Of a stretch of 64,000 nt of DNA, positions 1 to 28,971 are shown piece after piece. The stretch comes from Tubiluchus corallicola. Taxonomy: Eukaryota > Animalia > Priapulida. Within the stretch, counting starts at the first letter, position 1; each line of letters starts with the position of its first letter. The stretch spans positions 864,635 through 928,634 of the forward strand of contig JAQGDQ010000044.1 in the NCBI GenBank assembly GCA_030141605.1, in the 5' to 3' direction. The notes beneath the pieces were generated by a model. That model was not told where the DNA came from and did not search any database. It was given only the letters and a program-made list of their open reading frames with translations. A program made the translations under genes and the position numbers.

Positions 1-604
1 TGCGTGCATGCAATATTGTGACAAATTTCCCCATAGGCCAGATACACACAAGAAAATTTTGTAATACGTTTTTATAGGTTCTCTGGAATGAGCCTATATT
101 GTAAGTGTAATGTTGCAGACATATTGCACTATTCTGTAAAAATATTTGCTCGTTATTTGTGCGCGATGCATAAACACTTATCATTTATTTAATCAAAATT
201 GATGATTAAAGCTATAACTGCTGATCTTTTATTACTTGCTGTTTGTGGCATTACAATGGATAAACGTAGTTGTGAGGTGTTTTTACAAAAAAACCTTTGC
301 AACCTTTCCTTAGAAAAATAAACCTCACTTAGCACACCCTCCTCTTAATTTTACATCTTTTTGAATGGCGTACCTAGCAACCGCCTGCTGATTTCTCTGC
401 TCTGATTACCTGGGTGGAAGTGCATTAACTCACCTGTAACTTACACCTGTATTGCCCTGGATATTGATGTTGGGGAATTCCGCGGCAACACATTCTCTTT
501 AGCCGTGTAAATCTTATGTGATCAAAAAACCATTCCGTGTATTTGTAGTAGGGTTGTAAACTTGCTGTAAACTACAATCCAGTCTATCCACTCCTAATAA
601 ATAG

Positions 605-1125
<521 letters not shown>

Positions 1126-3048
1126 AACCGCATATCTGTCGCTCTTTCTGTCTCCTGTTTAATTTTCTATCTCATTTCAAATCTACGTATTTCAGATTAT
1201 CAGAAGTTATTTTGCGTTTCGCTTTTCAATGCGGTATGCACGTCGAATTATTTTCTTGCTGTCTTTCAAGCTTTTAATTTTCCTATTTTTAAAGGCTATT
1301 TTGCTTGAAAAAATGCACAGGATCTAAGCTTTAGTTGTTAAGCTTTGGTAAGACAAATTGTCGTACTTCTGTAAATTAGTTGAAGTACATTAGGCCTAGT
1401 GTGCTTTGGGAATTCGAGTATGCAGAATGTTGTAAGACCTGTGTAGAAGGATGAATGATTCATAATTGCATATGGGAAATTGGGACCACAAAGCATTAAG
1501 AACTGTTGTCGTAGAAGCTGACGAACCGTTGCCCTTGAAGGGCCTTTCTGTTTCTGAATTCCCCATGCAGTGAAGTTCCAAGGTCCTGTGGCTTCCAACA
1601 CTACTACACAGCATTCGTTTGCTGAACAGATTAAACCATGTTATGTTAGGTAGTTTGCTTCAATAAGCTGCTTTAGTGTCCAACTGGATTGGCTCAACTA
1701 ACTGAGCTAAGCCATGTACAAGTATGTACATTTGCTGGAAACTTAATACTTTTGAAATAGAGGTTTCTACATGTTTACCTTGGCGTAGTCTGTCATTGAC
1801 TTTACTTATTAGGCATAAATGGCATCCGCTGCAGTAGCATGCCTCTGAAATAACTTCATTAAATAATCGCTGTTATGGTTTATATTTCTCATCATGTAGT
1901 TTCCAACCTAGAGCGCATGATTGTTTTAAGTTAGGTTTTTACAGGTAGCCTTAATTAAATTCAGAGCAAGAGATAGTAAGATTGTAGCGTTAACTTCTTT
2001 AATCTTGCAAAAGTGCACGAGCACACCATTGGTTAGCAATTAAAATAAGTACTGCAGATAGTTCAGTAAGACTTAATCTTTAACTAAATTTTATACTCTC
2101 ACCGCCAGTTCCTGAAATAGTAGATGATTGTTGTAAACTGAAAACCCTTGTTTCAGTTGCTTTGTTTAAACGAATGCTTGTCTAATTTCTCGAAAAATAG
2201 GGAGTCTGGGCCCTCCATCTTATTTTGCACTGTGAAATCTAACTACTGTGTATACACGTATTAACTCTCCAGGTATAAAATATTTGCACTTGTGTATTTT
2301 GGAGTTACATGTAAGGCGCGATGTTCTCAACAACGACCGAACTATTTACGCGTCAAACGAACGGTGATTTTTCCCTTTTTTCCGCAAAAGTCATAGAACG
2401 GAAATGTAAAGAACCGGACTGTTAGAGTTCTAGACATTACTGTAAAGAAAATTCAACGTAGGTGTTAACAGACAGAATTTTGTTTCCTGGGTGGCTACAC
2501 TTTCTCGCAGTGGGTATTTTCCCGGATAGAATCCAAGCAAATTTTGTAAAAATGTTGCAAACAATTTCCTGAAAAAATCGATTTGTGCAACTACGAGGTC
2601 GCCCCGAAAAAATAAACACATTATTAGAAAGAGAAAGACCGATTGCAGTGTTTGAGTGTTTCGTGTAAGATAATGTTCACTGAACGAAAGGGAAGGGTGT
2701 ACATATTTTGAAATTCTTTTAACATGTGAGTATATTTTGTTGGGCGGCTTTCGCGAAGTCATAGAATTTAACAAAGTTGAGAATGAGAGACACCTGGTTT
2801 AGCGTTTTTATGAAACTCGTGTTTATTGCACGGCGCCAACTAAAGTCGCAATTGGACTAGAAAGAAATTTGTAGCAATGCATTGACGATTGATCTTTCTC
2901 TTCCTTTTATATTAGTGAAAAAAAAGTCAAATGTGTGTCAGGCTGTCGTTAGACGTTGTCCAAGCGTTGTCAGCCTAGGTGTTAAACTTTTTTGTTTGAT
3001 TAACACGTGAGATTGAGGGGGTCTTGAAAGTAATAATCTTAATTATTA

Positions 3049-3280
3049 CCGGGTGGCGTAGTTCAGTGGTATCGTGCTCACTTCTCACTCGCGAGGTCGC
3101 GGGTTCAACTTCCGATCGAGTCATACCAAAGACTTAGAATATGGTATCGCTGGTTCTTCAGCCAAGCACACGGGTTTATCGAAATTACGTGCGGTTATTA
3201 TTGATTGGGACCACCTTGGAAATAAGTATTATTTAAGTGTTACCTAAGGTGTTTTCTCTGGATTATATCATATAAAGTTA
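3049..3280 (+). mobile_element. tRNA-derived SINE
   Basis: Pol III A box (TGGCGTAGTTCAGTGG ~3054) and B box (GGTTCAACTTCC ~3102), followed by a SINE-type core (GTCATACCAAAGACTT..ATGGTA) and a LINE-like tail (GGACCACCTTGGAAATAAG). No complete tRNA acceptor stem. Confidence 0.7.
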
Positions 3281-5743
3281 TCCTACAAGTGTAATCCATG
3301 TCTGTGCAGCATTTGTGTACACTCCATCTCGTCCAAACTTGGCTGACTATTAGCTTTGCCAAACTTACCCAGGGAAAACAGAAAGACCACAAAACAGAAA
3401 AGGCAAACTACTTTCTGCTAGAGTAGACCATTGTTTACTCTGGAAGGAGAATTTTTTGGCTTCACATTCAGTTTGCTTTGCCTACTTTTCCCTCACTTCA
3501 TTGTTTCTTCAGTTTTTTATTCATGCGTACTTTGTGAGTCTAGTAATAAGCAAAATTGTTGCCCTCACGCAGATCTAGGTCAGTCAACGTTAGCGATATT
3601 GGCATCCTTGATGGATATCGCTGCCCGGGAATAATGCTGATCGATATGTCGACCAATCGCAGGCGCTGATGGCCAGGAAAAATGGAGCAGCTAATCCTTT
3701 CGGATTAATTGCGGATTATGAGTAGATATTTTAGCGGCTGTTTGTGATTAGATCCCATTGGGCTGTTAATGTCTGTTGGATTAATTAGCGACACGTGCTT
3801 TTCTCAGTAATGAAAATGTGATCATTATTCGATTGCCTATATTTAGCACAATACACACAGTAAGCTCATTATTATTTCAAAGCCCAGCCTTGTCTAATTC
3901 ACAGTGACGTCATAGCTGCTAATGTAAGTAATACATAGAACCCTCAGCACTGAGATGCTGATTTGCCAGTCTCCATAGCATGCGAGACAAAGCTGATAAC
4001 AGTAACCAAAAAAACGAGGTCTGATCTGTACCTGTGCTGGGTTGTTAAAACTTAATGCCGTGGCTTCTTGTTTGGTTCGTAGCACAAGTTTTTTACAAGA
4101 TAGTACGAGATAGTTATCTGCGTTATCTTACAGGCTTTGTTTATAGCAAAATGTTTGAACTGTGAATTTACCAAAATGTAATTTTTAAACTGTGTCTGAA
4201 TTCCTGGCCAAACAAAAGTTGCAGTTTGGAATAAATCTAAGTTGTTATTTGAATTGAAAATGGTTTCCTAAAACTTTGAAGAAAATCCACGTTCGAGGAC
4301 GTCAACGTTAAAATAATATTGAAATAAAGGCGTTAAGGAAAATTAAACAAGTTCCAAGTCTCTGGTTTTGTTTTGTTGATGTATTTAGTTTTCACAAATT
4401 AAGATGCTGACCAATTTTTATTGGTATTTCAACAAATTGCTGCGGCGTTAAGTGCAGTGCTGCCAGCATTGTTGTCAATTTATTTATTATGTGCACAAAA
4501 TAAACAAAAATTTAGTTAATTTTGGTACAGTCTTGCCACTCCATTCTGTTTTAATTGTGCAAAAAACGTGTTTGGGATAATACAACGTCTTCAGAAAAAT
4601 TATAATGTAATTAGCCTTTGACAAGTGCTAGTGTTTTTGCCAAATAAAGCAAGATTACTTTTTTATATACATGTACATTTACTATAAATGTAAAGTGTAA
4701 AGGCAGTATTGAAATACACACAGATATAAGACAGCTGCAACACATAAAGAATTTGCAGTTAAGTTTCAAAAACTCGTTTATATAAAAATTTAAAAATCAT
4801 TTGAATTAACCTATATGTAGTTATGTTATGTAGGCACGTTAACTACAGTGTTTTCAATATTCCTGTTGATCTTATGGGCTTTTTCAACTATTTATAGTGT
4901 ATTCTATTGACACCTGTGGCCTATCCATTAATATCTAATGCTGACTCAGGCAATTCCCCTAGTGGCTTGGAAATCAATACAGTTAAGCTAATACCTTGTT
5001 GGATAATTAAGTTAATCATAGTTATGCAATTGGCATATAATGCGTTGCTGCTAGATCTTGGAATAATAGCGGAGAGAAGGCAGATACCCTGGTGCTAAAG
5101 AAAGCATACATTAAAAATGTTTCCAAAGTATTTATTATGTAATCATTGCCACCATCATTTTCATTTTGTTATTATCATTATTGTAAACATTGAACTGTAT
5201 CACTATTATTGTTATTATTTTTATAAGCTAGGCATATAACTAAATAATCGCTATGATGTGTATCCACCAAGAAACCAGTCCTGATACCAGCCCCTGTTCT
5301 GATTAGACATCTCACCTTGGAGTATCTTTGCTATTAAGCTGGAGGATTATTTTTTGTATTAAACTAAATTTTAGTCCTGCCGCAATTGTCAGGTGTTGAA
5401 TTTTAAACCTCAGCTTGCAGAGGGCTAAACTATTTAAAATTGTTGTTTCTTGAACGTTTGACTGATTTCAAAAGGATTATTTTCTCTGCCAATGATTGTC
5501 TTCAAAAAGTGTGTAGGCTTTCTAATGTATATAATTTTTATTTTACTGTAAAAATACAGAAAATACATATCAGTTCTGGTCAAGTATGTGTATATGTATA
5601 TGTTAGTCCAGTAAATACAAAAGTGGCCACCTTTGGATGTCCATGACTTGCAGTTCCATAAATGTACCCTGCCATTTGGATACTATGTATTCAGAGCAGA
5701 TGCTTTAGTTAGCTATTTACACATTTTCATTTCTGTATTGCAG

Positions 5744-19569
<13,826 letters not shown>

Positions 19570-19724
19570 TATCAGGTACATTGTTTTTTGTTTTGTTTTT
19601 GTCGTAATTTTTTTCTCCAGGGTGGCAAAGAAGTTACTTAAGTTGAATTGAGTTCTTTGAATTTAAGAAATGAGTGTTTAGTCCAATACGTACAATGACA
19701 CATAAATCTTATAAAGTACTATAC

Positions 19725-19789
19725 TTTCTCCTCTTTCCCTCCCTCCCTCTCTCCCTTTTCTCCCTCTCTCTTCCTCTCTCCCTCTCTTC

Positions 19790-19820
<31 letters not shown>

Positions 19821-19831
19821 ACTCACTCTCT
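19725..19831. repeat. CT-rich microsatellite in the calcineurin 3' UTR region
   Basis: Degenerate (CT)n run. Confidence 0.9.
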
Positions 19832-22800
19832 GTGATTTACTGTTTCTGATCTGCTAGTTTATAAATTCAAAATGCATTTTACAATTAATATCTGTTTTAT
19901 TTTTATTTGTTGCAGAAACTTTCATTTCTGAGTTCCGTTTCACGTCATTCTGGTCACACTTAACAACACATGCACATTCACAATATTAATGAAATAAACA
20001 AAACAGATGTGGCATTCACTCGTGAAACATTACCAAGTATGGTCGAGCAGTGATGAAGCTACATCTGCCATCACGTACTGTGTTACTATGATCTGTTTTT
20101 TGTCTCAGAAAAGCTATTGTTTTGCTACGTTATTACGTTATTAGTCAGTTGTTGTTTTTGAGTTTTCACTATTTGTACAGTGTTCACAACACTATAGTTT
20201 TAACTTGTTGAATTTATTCATGTCCGTCATGCTGAATGCACAAGGCTTTTGATTCACATCATCAAACTAAAGCATTTTATGTATAACTTGTTAACATCTA
20301 GTAATTTTTAGTTTATTTATTTATATTTGCGTGCAGCTACCTCATTATTTCGCACTTGTTTTGTAACACAGTTTGTGAGTGGCTGGTATTGGGTGGCCCA
20401 CTGGCCAATGGCCAGTCAGAAGTGCCTTTTCAGAATGTAGGCTGAATCAGCATTTCTGATTAATAGTTGTTAATAGCAACTGTCTTTAGTCAGTTAATTT
20501 TGACAGACATTACAAGAGTAGGTCACTTGTAAAATATTAGACAATTGAGCTGTGACATTGAATGTGATTGGTTGATTTTGTGATCTGGAAACTGTATGAT
20601 CAGCCACTGAACTTCATTTGCTATTTCATCATTAGTTATTATTATAAGTATTCTTATTGTAATTTTTCACCTATTCGCATGTGTCACCTTCCCCGTTCCC
20701 TTCAAAATGAGCTACTTCATTTCTTTCGACTGGCCAAGATGGAGCGTCTCATTTTGTCGAAGGGGTGTGACTGTTTTTTTATCATCACTTGGGTATTTAA
20801 CTTACTTATTAACTTATTCATGGAAAACTAAAACAGTATACAAGGAATATTTCCATGATATTGTTAATATTTCTTGCAAATGCATGCATGTTAATAAAGC
20901 CTTTCAGTTTATTAAAGGATTCTTTGTGATACTGGTGTAAAATGTCAGTTGTCACGGACTTGAGTGAACAATATATATATGTCTGCGAAGGTGGGTAGCA
21001 AGTTATTTCGTAAGTTGCTTGAATATGGTGTTAAAGAACATTTCTATGAAAGTACGAATTACCATTACCATTGTAAATTTTCTAATTATATTTATGAATA
21101 TAATATATAATGTATAATTAATATATTAAAACTTCCACAATGCAAGGCGAAACTGTGCACAATATGCGTGCCAGGCTTTCTCGTTGCTACTAGCAATGTA
21201 TGTGTGCCTCGTGTGGAAATCTTTTTATCATTTTTGGAATAATATATTATTGGTATTGAGAGGCCAGAGATCTATAAACTGAACTTGTTTAATATATAAA
21301 TATAAATGGATTGTTCTCTTGTTTGCATTTCTATTTATTTCTCAAATTTTTGATGAACTTGTTTTCGATTCTGATTTTCGTTATAAATTTTATAAATATT
21401 CTGGTCGTGTATGATGTCTTCTGTAAGAGAAGGTCTTGCAGGCTTGTTGCAGGAATTTAGCGAGTACACTCGAACGTTGCACTCACACACTACACTCACA
21501 GTGCCGTTACCGTTTAGGTTTCTGTCTTCCATTGTGAGTATAGTGAAGTAACTAAGGCAACAGAATTTGTTTATTACATAATTTTTAACCTATGCATTTT
21601 TTGGTGTGACGTGTATATGTGAATTAAATGTTCAGCATTTGAATTTTATACATGTTTTCCATCTGCTTTCAAGCTATTGTGTCATTGATATTGCAGCTTG
21701 TTATTTGGAATTTGATATTTAAATACTAGTATTTAGTAGTAGTGTCATACATAGTGTTTTTCTTGCTAACTTCTTAAGTGCACAATATATTGCCAGACTT
21801 CATCTTTAAATCGCAGATGAAAGCAGTAATTTCATGCCTGTGTATATACTTTGAATATTTTGATAAAAAGAAACAATTGGTGTACTAGCTTATTTTTAGC
21901 CAAACTTGTTCCGTTTATTCACACATTGTAAAATTTGTTGATTTATCATTACTTGCCTTTAATCTGCATTTCGTTGTGGTTACCTGTTTACTTTTATACT
22001 AAAGTTCGTTGTTACATATAAAGTTCCCACATGTAAGTGGGAATTGTACAGTTTATTAATTTACACATCAATTAGTGAAGCTGTCAAACTTGCCCAGTCA
22101 AAATTAATCTTTACTATCAAATTTTGTATATAGTTGGTTCATGTCTGAGTTTGGTTAGTATCCCATTTGTGTGATTTTTTTTCGTTTTACGTAAACTTTA
22201 CATTTCAAAAGACGTCATGTGTTCTGGCTATCCGCAGTGTAATAAATACAAGATTTTTTGCTTATTTTTTGCAATTTGAATGTTGATAGAACTAAAGTAC
22301 TCTTCAAAATTCGTAGATGCTATTCTTGTGTGAATTTTACCGCAGTTATTATAAGTGCTTCATAGTGTTTATCTTTCCATTTTGACACTTTCTTATACTG
22401 TTCTTTTAATTAAATAAGTAATGTGGTTAATTAATCGCAAAAATCTCTCATTATCAAAAGCCTGATAACCTCAGCTGCCTAGATTTGAGATAGTTTATTC
22501 CAGATAGTTTAATCCTATATTCCAAAACAATATAAGATTAGTTTTTATTTGGCAAATCTGGAGTAAAGAGTAGTAGCTAAAGTTACTTAAGTAATATCTG
22601 TTCCATGTTTAGTTTTATGAAGCTCTTCCAGATTACTTTGCAATCATTTTTGCATGTCAGCTTGACTAGGTGCCTGTACAACTATGATTTGCTGAATATC
22701 AATGGGTGTTGAGCCATATGCTGAATTAGTCTGTGAAATTGTAGAGTTAATATAAAAAAGCTGAAGTACACATGGTTGTCTTTTTAAAATGTTAAGATTT

Positions 22801-24252
22801 TTCTCCTACTTAACTTAAAATCTCTTCTTTGTCTAAATCTAAAACACACAACTTTAAAATGATGTCAGTAAATTGTAATTTTATGTGTTTGCTGTGTTGA
22901 TACTGATAATAACAATTACACTGTATAAAACGTTTAGTGCATGCTGTTGTTTTATTCTTGTTTATTTAAACTTTAACTATATTTCTGTGTTACAATAAAT
23001 GAACTCAAAACAGAAAATGCAATGCCTTATATGTTTAAAATTCCTGGCAAGAGCAAGGGGGTATTTTACAGTACAATTCTAATGTTGTATATGATAGATA
23101 TCATGAAGCAACATATTTTTATCATAATAGCTTATTGCCACACACACTAACATTTCTGGAAGTCAGTGATCAAAAGTTATATTACTGCATACCTAATTGC
23201 TCAGTTTAACAATATTAAATTATAAATCTACTCGTATTTTGCTTAATAAAAACTTTAATTTGCAAACAATATGCAGCCAATAATATGCTAGAATCTGTTT
23301 TGTTTCTCGTGTCAAGTCAAACTCATGTACACAACCTTTTAAGATCACTCTCCACAGTAAGAACAGTGACACATGGGGACCTCGTGTTAAAATTAATGCT
23401 TTAGTATTTACAGTGAATTGCAGCTTTGTATTATGTATAACAAATAGATATCAGTTGTCAGAGTTTCACAATGTAGTGAAATGAAAAAGTGAACTCATAC
23501 AGTATCATGCTGAGTGCATTTGATGCTGCTCATTGTCTAATAATCAAAATACGAGAAAAAATTCACTAATAATTCTTGTTGCTGGTGTTGATCAAATGCA
23601 CTAATCTTGTAATCTGATGTGACTTATCAAATGCACTTTCATTGTTTCTTTCATACACGTTCCTTAATCATTGCCTTCTTTTTGGTTGTTAAATGTACGG
23701 TGTCATTTTGAGTAATTTATCTTACTTAGCTGTCCACATTGTTTTTCATTTGACAGGTAGTTTTGATTTTTGTTAAGCGGCCATGCAATTTGTTTTTTTT
23801 ACAGAAAAAGTGGCAATTTGTTAACATTCTACTTTATTTACTCTCATTTTATGTGTCTGTTTATGTGCGTAATGTATAGGTATTGTAAATTTTTTTCGTA
23901 TTATGCTACTCTAATTTTTTTTCATTAAATTTCTATTTATGTGCAAGTTGCTGCAAATCTTTTAGGTGCTAATCGATGAAATAAAAGAAATGTTCACCTT
24001 CCATGCAAATAATTATATGTAAGTCTTAGTAAAATTAATAGTTGATCACTACAGCAATTTACCGTTAAAAATAATTAACAATGTTAATACTCAATTAAAA
24101 ATTATTCGCAAATGAGCATAACCATTAACCAAGCCTAGCCCTAAGTGTCCAACGTGAGACTCGTCGTAAATATTCCGTCAATGTGTTACCAAGTGATTGG
24201 CTTTCCTGTTGAAGATATCCCGTAATGCTTATTGGGGAATCGCGACGTGACG

Positions 24253-26347
24253 TGCAGAAATTGCTGAAATTCTAAACAATATTTTAAAAACAGGCACATT
24301 TCCGCAGGATATTCATAAAGGAATACTTATCCCTTTACCCAAGCCAGGTAAGAAACGAGGTCCTATATAAAATCTTAGACCATTGATGTTGCTTACACTA
24401 CTATACTAAGGAAGATCTGTACCGTTACCGTCGAAGGATAGAGGTTAAGCATACATAGCTTATAAACCTCTCCACTCTTCCTTGTTTACTTTGTCAATAT
24501 TAAGAATACATAATGGGTGGCGACACTACGATCACGAAGCGAAGCATAGGGTTTCTTGTTGCCATTGTGGCAACCTGGGGTCTATATATTTTTCAGCATT
24601 GTTTTTCCAAAATCTATGGAGACGAGACTTAAACTGGGCAGGATTGGGTGCTTGTATTACATGGTCAGGCAGCTTGTTCCACTCATTAATTACTCGCCTT
24701 GCGAATGTGAATCTTCTTCTGTTCCACCTTTTGGGAACTGTTCTCTTCTTGATTTTGTAGGAGTGACCTCTGGTACCATGATATGTCTGTCGGTGAAAAA
24801 ATATTTCACTGTTGATGGTTTCTATGCCTTTAAGAATACGGAATGTTTGGATTAAATCTTGTCTTTTGCGTCTGTATTTCAGAGTTGTAAGGCCGAGAAT
24901 CTTAAGTCTTGCAACATACGGTAAATGAGAAATGGCAGGTACAAGTCTAGTAGCTCGACGTTGTATACTTTCAATTTTTCTTATCATGTCTTGACGATTT
25001 GGGCTCCAAATCACATCACCATAATCCAGAATAGGACGAACGATTGATTTATATAGTTTGGTCGCCACTGTATGTTGACTAGGATCTATGACAGGTTACA
25101 CACTTACATTCCAACAAGCCAAGCAGCATATCAACCAGGACGGAATACTACTGAATTAGTACAAGCCTGTAAATTACTAGCCGGAAAAGCCATCTCTTCT
25201 GCTGATTACTCAATACATATTCATGATCGATATGTCAAAGGCCTTTGATTGTGTGCGGAGAAAAACTCTGCTATGCTGCCTGGAAGAAATCCTTGAACCT
25301 GATGAAATATACATCATAAGTATAATGTTAGAAAATTTATTAATTCAAGTCAGGTGTGAAGGGAAATTGAGTCAGCCGTTTTCTACAGACAAAGGAGTAC
25401 CTCAGGGTGACTGCCTAAGCCCTGTACTTTTCACTTTATATCTTGCCATAGCTCTCACTGAGGACAAAGTTATACCATTGAAAGACCTAGAAGATCACAA
25501 CTACACAATTCTTGATCCTGAATTAATACCGAATGAAGTAAGACAAGAATGCAGTTACAGTTCTCTACAAAGTAAGTCAACTACTATATCTATGCAGTAT
25601 GCTGATGATGTGGCATGGATTACAAGAAACAAAGAAGACGTAGATGAAATAAAAAACTCAATAGAGGAGAAACTGAACAGAATGGATCTCATTGTAAACA
25701 AAAATAAAACTGAAGAGTTTCACATAACACGCCATGGTGATGAATCATGGCAAAGATGCAAGTATCTCGGTAGTCTGCTGACAACAGAAGACGACATATC
25801 AAGACGGAAGATAATGGCATTATCAGTTTACTCAAAACTTAAAAAAATTTCTTTGGAAACAAAAATTAGAATATTCTCAGCCTTAGTTGAAACTGTATTT
25901 CTATATAACTCTGAGCTCTGGACATTAAAAGCAAATCATAAAGCTGAAATCGATGCGTTTCAAAGGCGAAATTACAAAAACATGTTGGGTATTAGATGGC
26001 CAAAGAAAATTTCAAACAAAGATCTATATGAAACAATAAAAGAAGAACCTTGGACAAGAAAAATAAAAAGACGCCGTTTAAGATGGATTGGGCATATGCT
26101 TAGACTACCTGATGATACTCCAGTGAAGATAGCTCTTCAACAAGCCATAGAACCAGCTAAAAAACCTGCAGGAGGACAAATGTTAACATATTTAGATTTT
26201 GCACAAAAAGATTTAAACACTTTAGCATTGATCCTTAGAAATAAATCTACTTGGGGCATTGCGGCGAGCAGGGAGTCCTGGCATAGGGAGGTGAACAGAA
26301 TCATGTCACTGGATGTGTGATTCATTGGATCATGATGATGATGATGA
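24253..26347 (+). mobile_element. 5'-truncated RTE-clade LINE (reverse transcriptase), interrupted by a CR1 fragment
   Basis: GILIPLPKPGK..NLRPL (~24320-24385), QAAYQPGRNT, DMSKAFD, GVPQGDCLSPVLF, QYADD, KYLGS, RRRLRWIGHMLR; (GAT)n tail at ~26330-26347; a stop and a frameshift are present. Confidence 0.92.
24422..25067 (-). mobile_element. CR1-clade LINE 3' fragment inserted antisense in the RTE
   Basis: LYKSIVRPILDYGDVIWSP..IESIQRRATRLVP..TRGHSYK..RVINEWNKLP; terminal hairpin and (ACGGTA)2 tail; flanking CTGTA direct repeat. Confidence 0.9.
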
Positions 26348-27330
26348 CATAGAGGAATTACAAGATGCAGAATGTACGATCAGCTGCCGTTTAGAAAAAT
26401 ATAATCTTAAAGTCAGCAATAGAAAGACTGAAGAATACCATATTCGAAGAGGAGGTAATTATTCATGGAAATGATGTAAATACTTTGGTGGCTTGTTAGA
26501 CACCGAAGCTGACATACAAAGAAGGAAATTTCTTACATTGTCTGATTATACAGATGTCAACGGTTTTTGAAAACAATAGACTGTCTCTTGAAACCAAAGC
26601 CCAGATCCTTTCATCTTAGTTGAATCTGTGTTTTTGTACAGTGTTGACCTATGGGCAATAAAATTTAAGTAACAGAAGGAAATTGGCACTTTTCAAAGAC
26701 ATCTCTATAGAAATTACTCGCAATTAAATGGCCTGACTGAATATCTGCTTTACAGTCTTTTTTACAATGACATCAGGACCTAGAGTTCAACTCGTTAAGG
26801 TCCCTTCTCATATTCATTTTAAATTTATCGATAGCGTTTGATGATCAGTATAATGTGGTGAAGAAGAATCCTTGGAGTAAACAAATACAAGTAAGAAGAT
26901 TGCTTTGGTTTGGTGGCAGCAGTGCATAATGCGTGGCATCAACAAGTGAGATGGGCCGTGTTATTTTTAGAACATAGCAGCACAGAAACGACGACGAACA
27001 TATTTTAATATTCCTTGGTTCAAACGACTTTAGTCCAAAAGTCGAGCTCCGAACATCAAGATGGCTAGCATATGTTCTCTAATTACCAAGTAAAGCATAA
27101 GTAAGAATTGCCTTAAAGGAATCCTTAAAGAACCTTGCAAAAAACCATATGTCAAATGAAAAACAACGTGGACAGCTAAGTAAGATAAATAAAGATGTTC
27201 AATAACTTTAACCCATTTATCTTTAGGAGTAGAAGAACTTACCGCACTAGCTGCAGATAGGAGTAGATGGAATGCTCTAATGAATGGTAATGCCTCAATG
27301 TCTACAACAGATGGAAGAGACTTTGAAGAC
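26348..27330 (+). mobile_element. Older, degenerate RTE-like RT remnant
   Basis: Stop-ridden translation resembling the adjacent RTE (NLKVSNRKTEEYHIRRGG..KYFGGLLDTEADIQRR, LVESVFLY). Confidence 0.7.
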
Positions 27331-28971
27331 CATCTTTTATTTTAGAATTCTGACTGCCTAGTGGGTCACTGATTCAAACCCAGGCTCAGTGTAGTCAAGT
27401 TTGATACCAAAATTCAGCAGTTGAGGTTTTATATAAACACATTTTATTTTTCATGACCTTTAGTATTAAAAAAAATCTGATTGATAAACATTAGTAAGGA
27501 ATTGTGCAGTTACTGTGTTTAGGTAAATACGAGGGTCAAGCACATATAAGCACATATTTAAAACAGTTTAAACAAGTGTCAGAAATAATGCTTGGGCCTT
27601 TATTTGCTTTAATTGTCTTCGAACATTGAGAAACGTCCAGCTGAGATTTAGTAGCGCTTAAACTGTACAGACCGTGAAAAGAACCTACCGATCATTAAAC
27701 TAGATCAGTGTCGTAATAAACTTGAATAATTTCCATTGTCAAATCTGTGGTGAAATTACAATCAAGGTGAATAAGGTAAATAACAAGTATGATTGATCTG
27801 CTCTCATCTGACCTACTAATTCGCGTTAATTAAGCGGTTCTTTAACATAATTGTGCTACGTTATTAAATATGAGAGTCGTAATTAGGTTTAACGATAGGC
27901 TATTTGATTAATTCCGCCTTAGGAATGAGTAAGTACTATAATATAATGTTCACACATTTACATTCAGATATCCACATTTTAACAGCGACAGTGCATCAAC
28001 AACAATCTAGTGATACAAATGTTAAACTAAAACATTACTGAAAGTTTACGATTTTGTAGTTTTTATAAGTTTCTGTGCTATATATGCCCCCATCCCTCCC
28101 ACTCCTAGCATTCATCAGACATTTCAACAGATAGTACATATACTTCATATACATCTTCGTCATTGATTGGGATTGTAACACTTCATTAATAAATATTTAT
28201 GCTGGTTTTTCAAAATGTTTATTTGTAACATAGTATTTGTTCTTCATTTTTGTATAGTCATTGACATAAAACAGTGCAATAGCTTGTGCATATGAGCTAG
28301 TAGTGTAATCAGTGTCTGCCAAATTGAAGCCTGACTCAGACCTGAATAATAAAAGACTGTCGAAAGGTGTTTAGGACGATTGCCTTATACAGAGGGAGAG
28401 GAAAGGGATTACAAAGTAGAGTACACAGATGTCCTGTTCTCATAAAGATCTGAATAATTAGTATGTAGAGTAACATTCGTTTCTGGCTATTGAAGTTTGC
28501 CTTTACAAATACGCTGTATCAGTTTGCTACACGACACAGATTACATGCTCACCCCAATGCTCAACTCAAACCAGCAGTATGCTAAGAATCCAGAAGTACA
28601 TGCCGCATACACGCCGTACATACATAACATACGTTCATAGATAGAATACATGTGCACATAGCTCCACAATTGATTACCTGCATATGTTATCACAAGTGGT
28701 ATTTCCAGCGATTTAATTTGCTCATCATTATTTTTTGTCTGTTTATCATTACCATGCCCACTAGAACATAAATATAATTTACATTTTTAAGTATGTCAAC
28801 TTTAGAAATGTCGTGATCCACATAACAGCACCTCTTTGAACTTTTGGAAGTTTAAAATTAGAACATTGCACTGAGTGCAGTCAGAGTGCAAAAATCAGGC
28901 TTAAGGCGTCTGAAATCATTAGGTGAAGTGTTAAATGTTTTAAGTTTTTTGGTAGATGTTTACGATCTAAC

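Noticed and set aside
1338-1614. Upstream calcineurin exon or nested gene
   Set aside because: No calcineurin motifs (e.g. HGGLSP) were found; 1-5743 appears intronic.
3051-3125. tRNA gene
   Set aside because: A and B boxes are present but there is no closing acceptor stem, and it continues into a SINE body.
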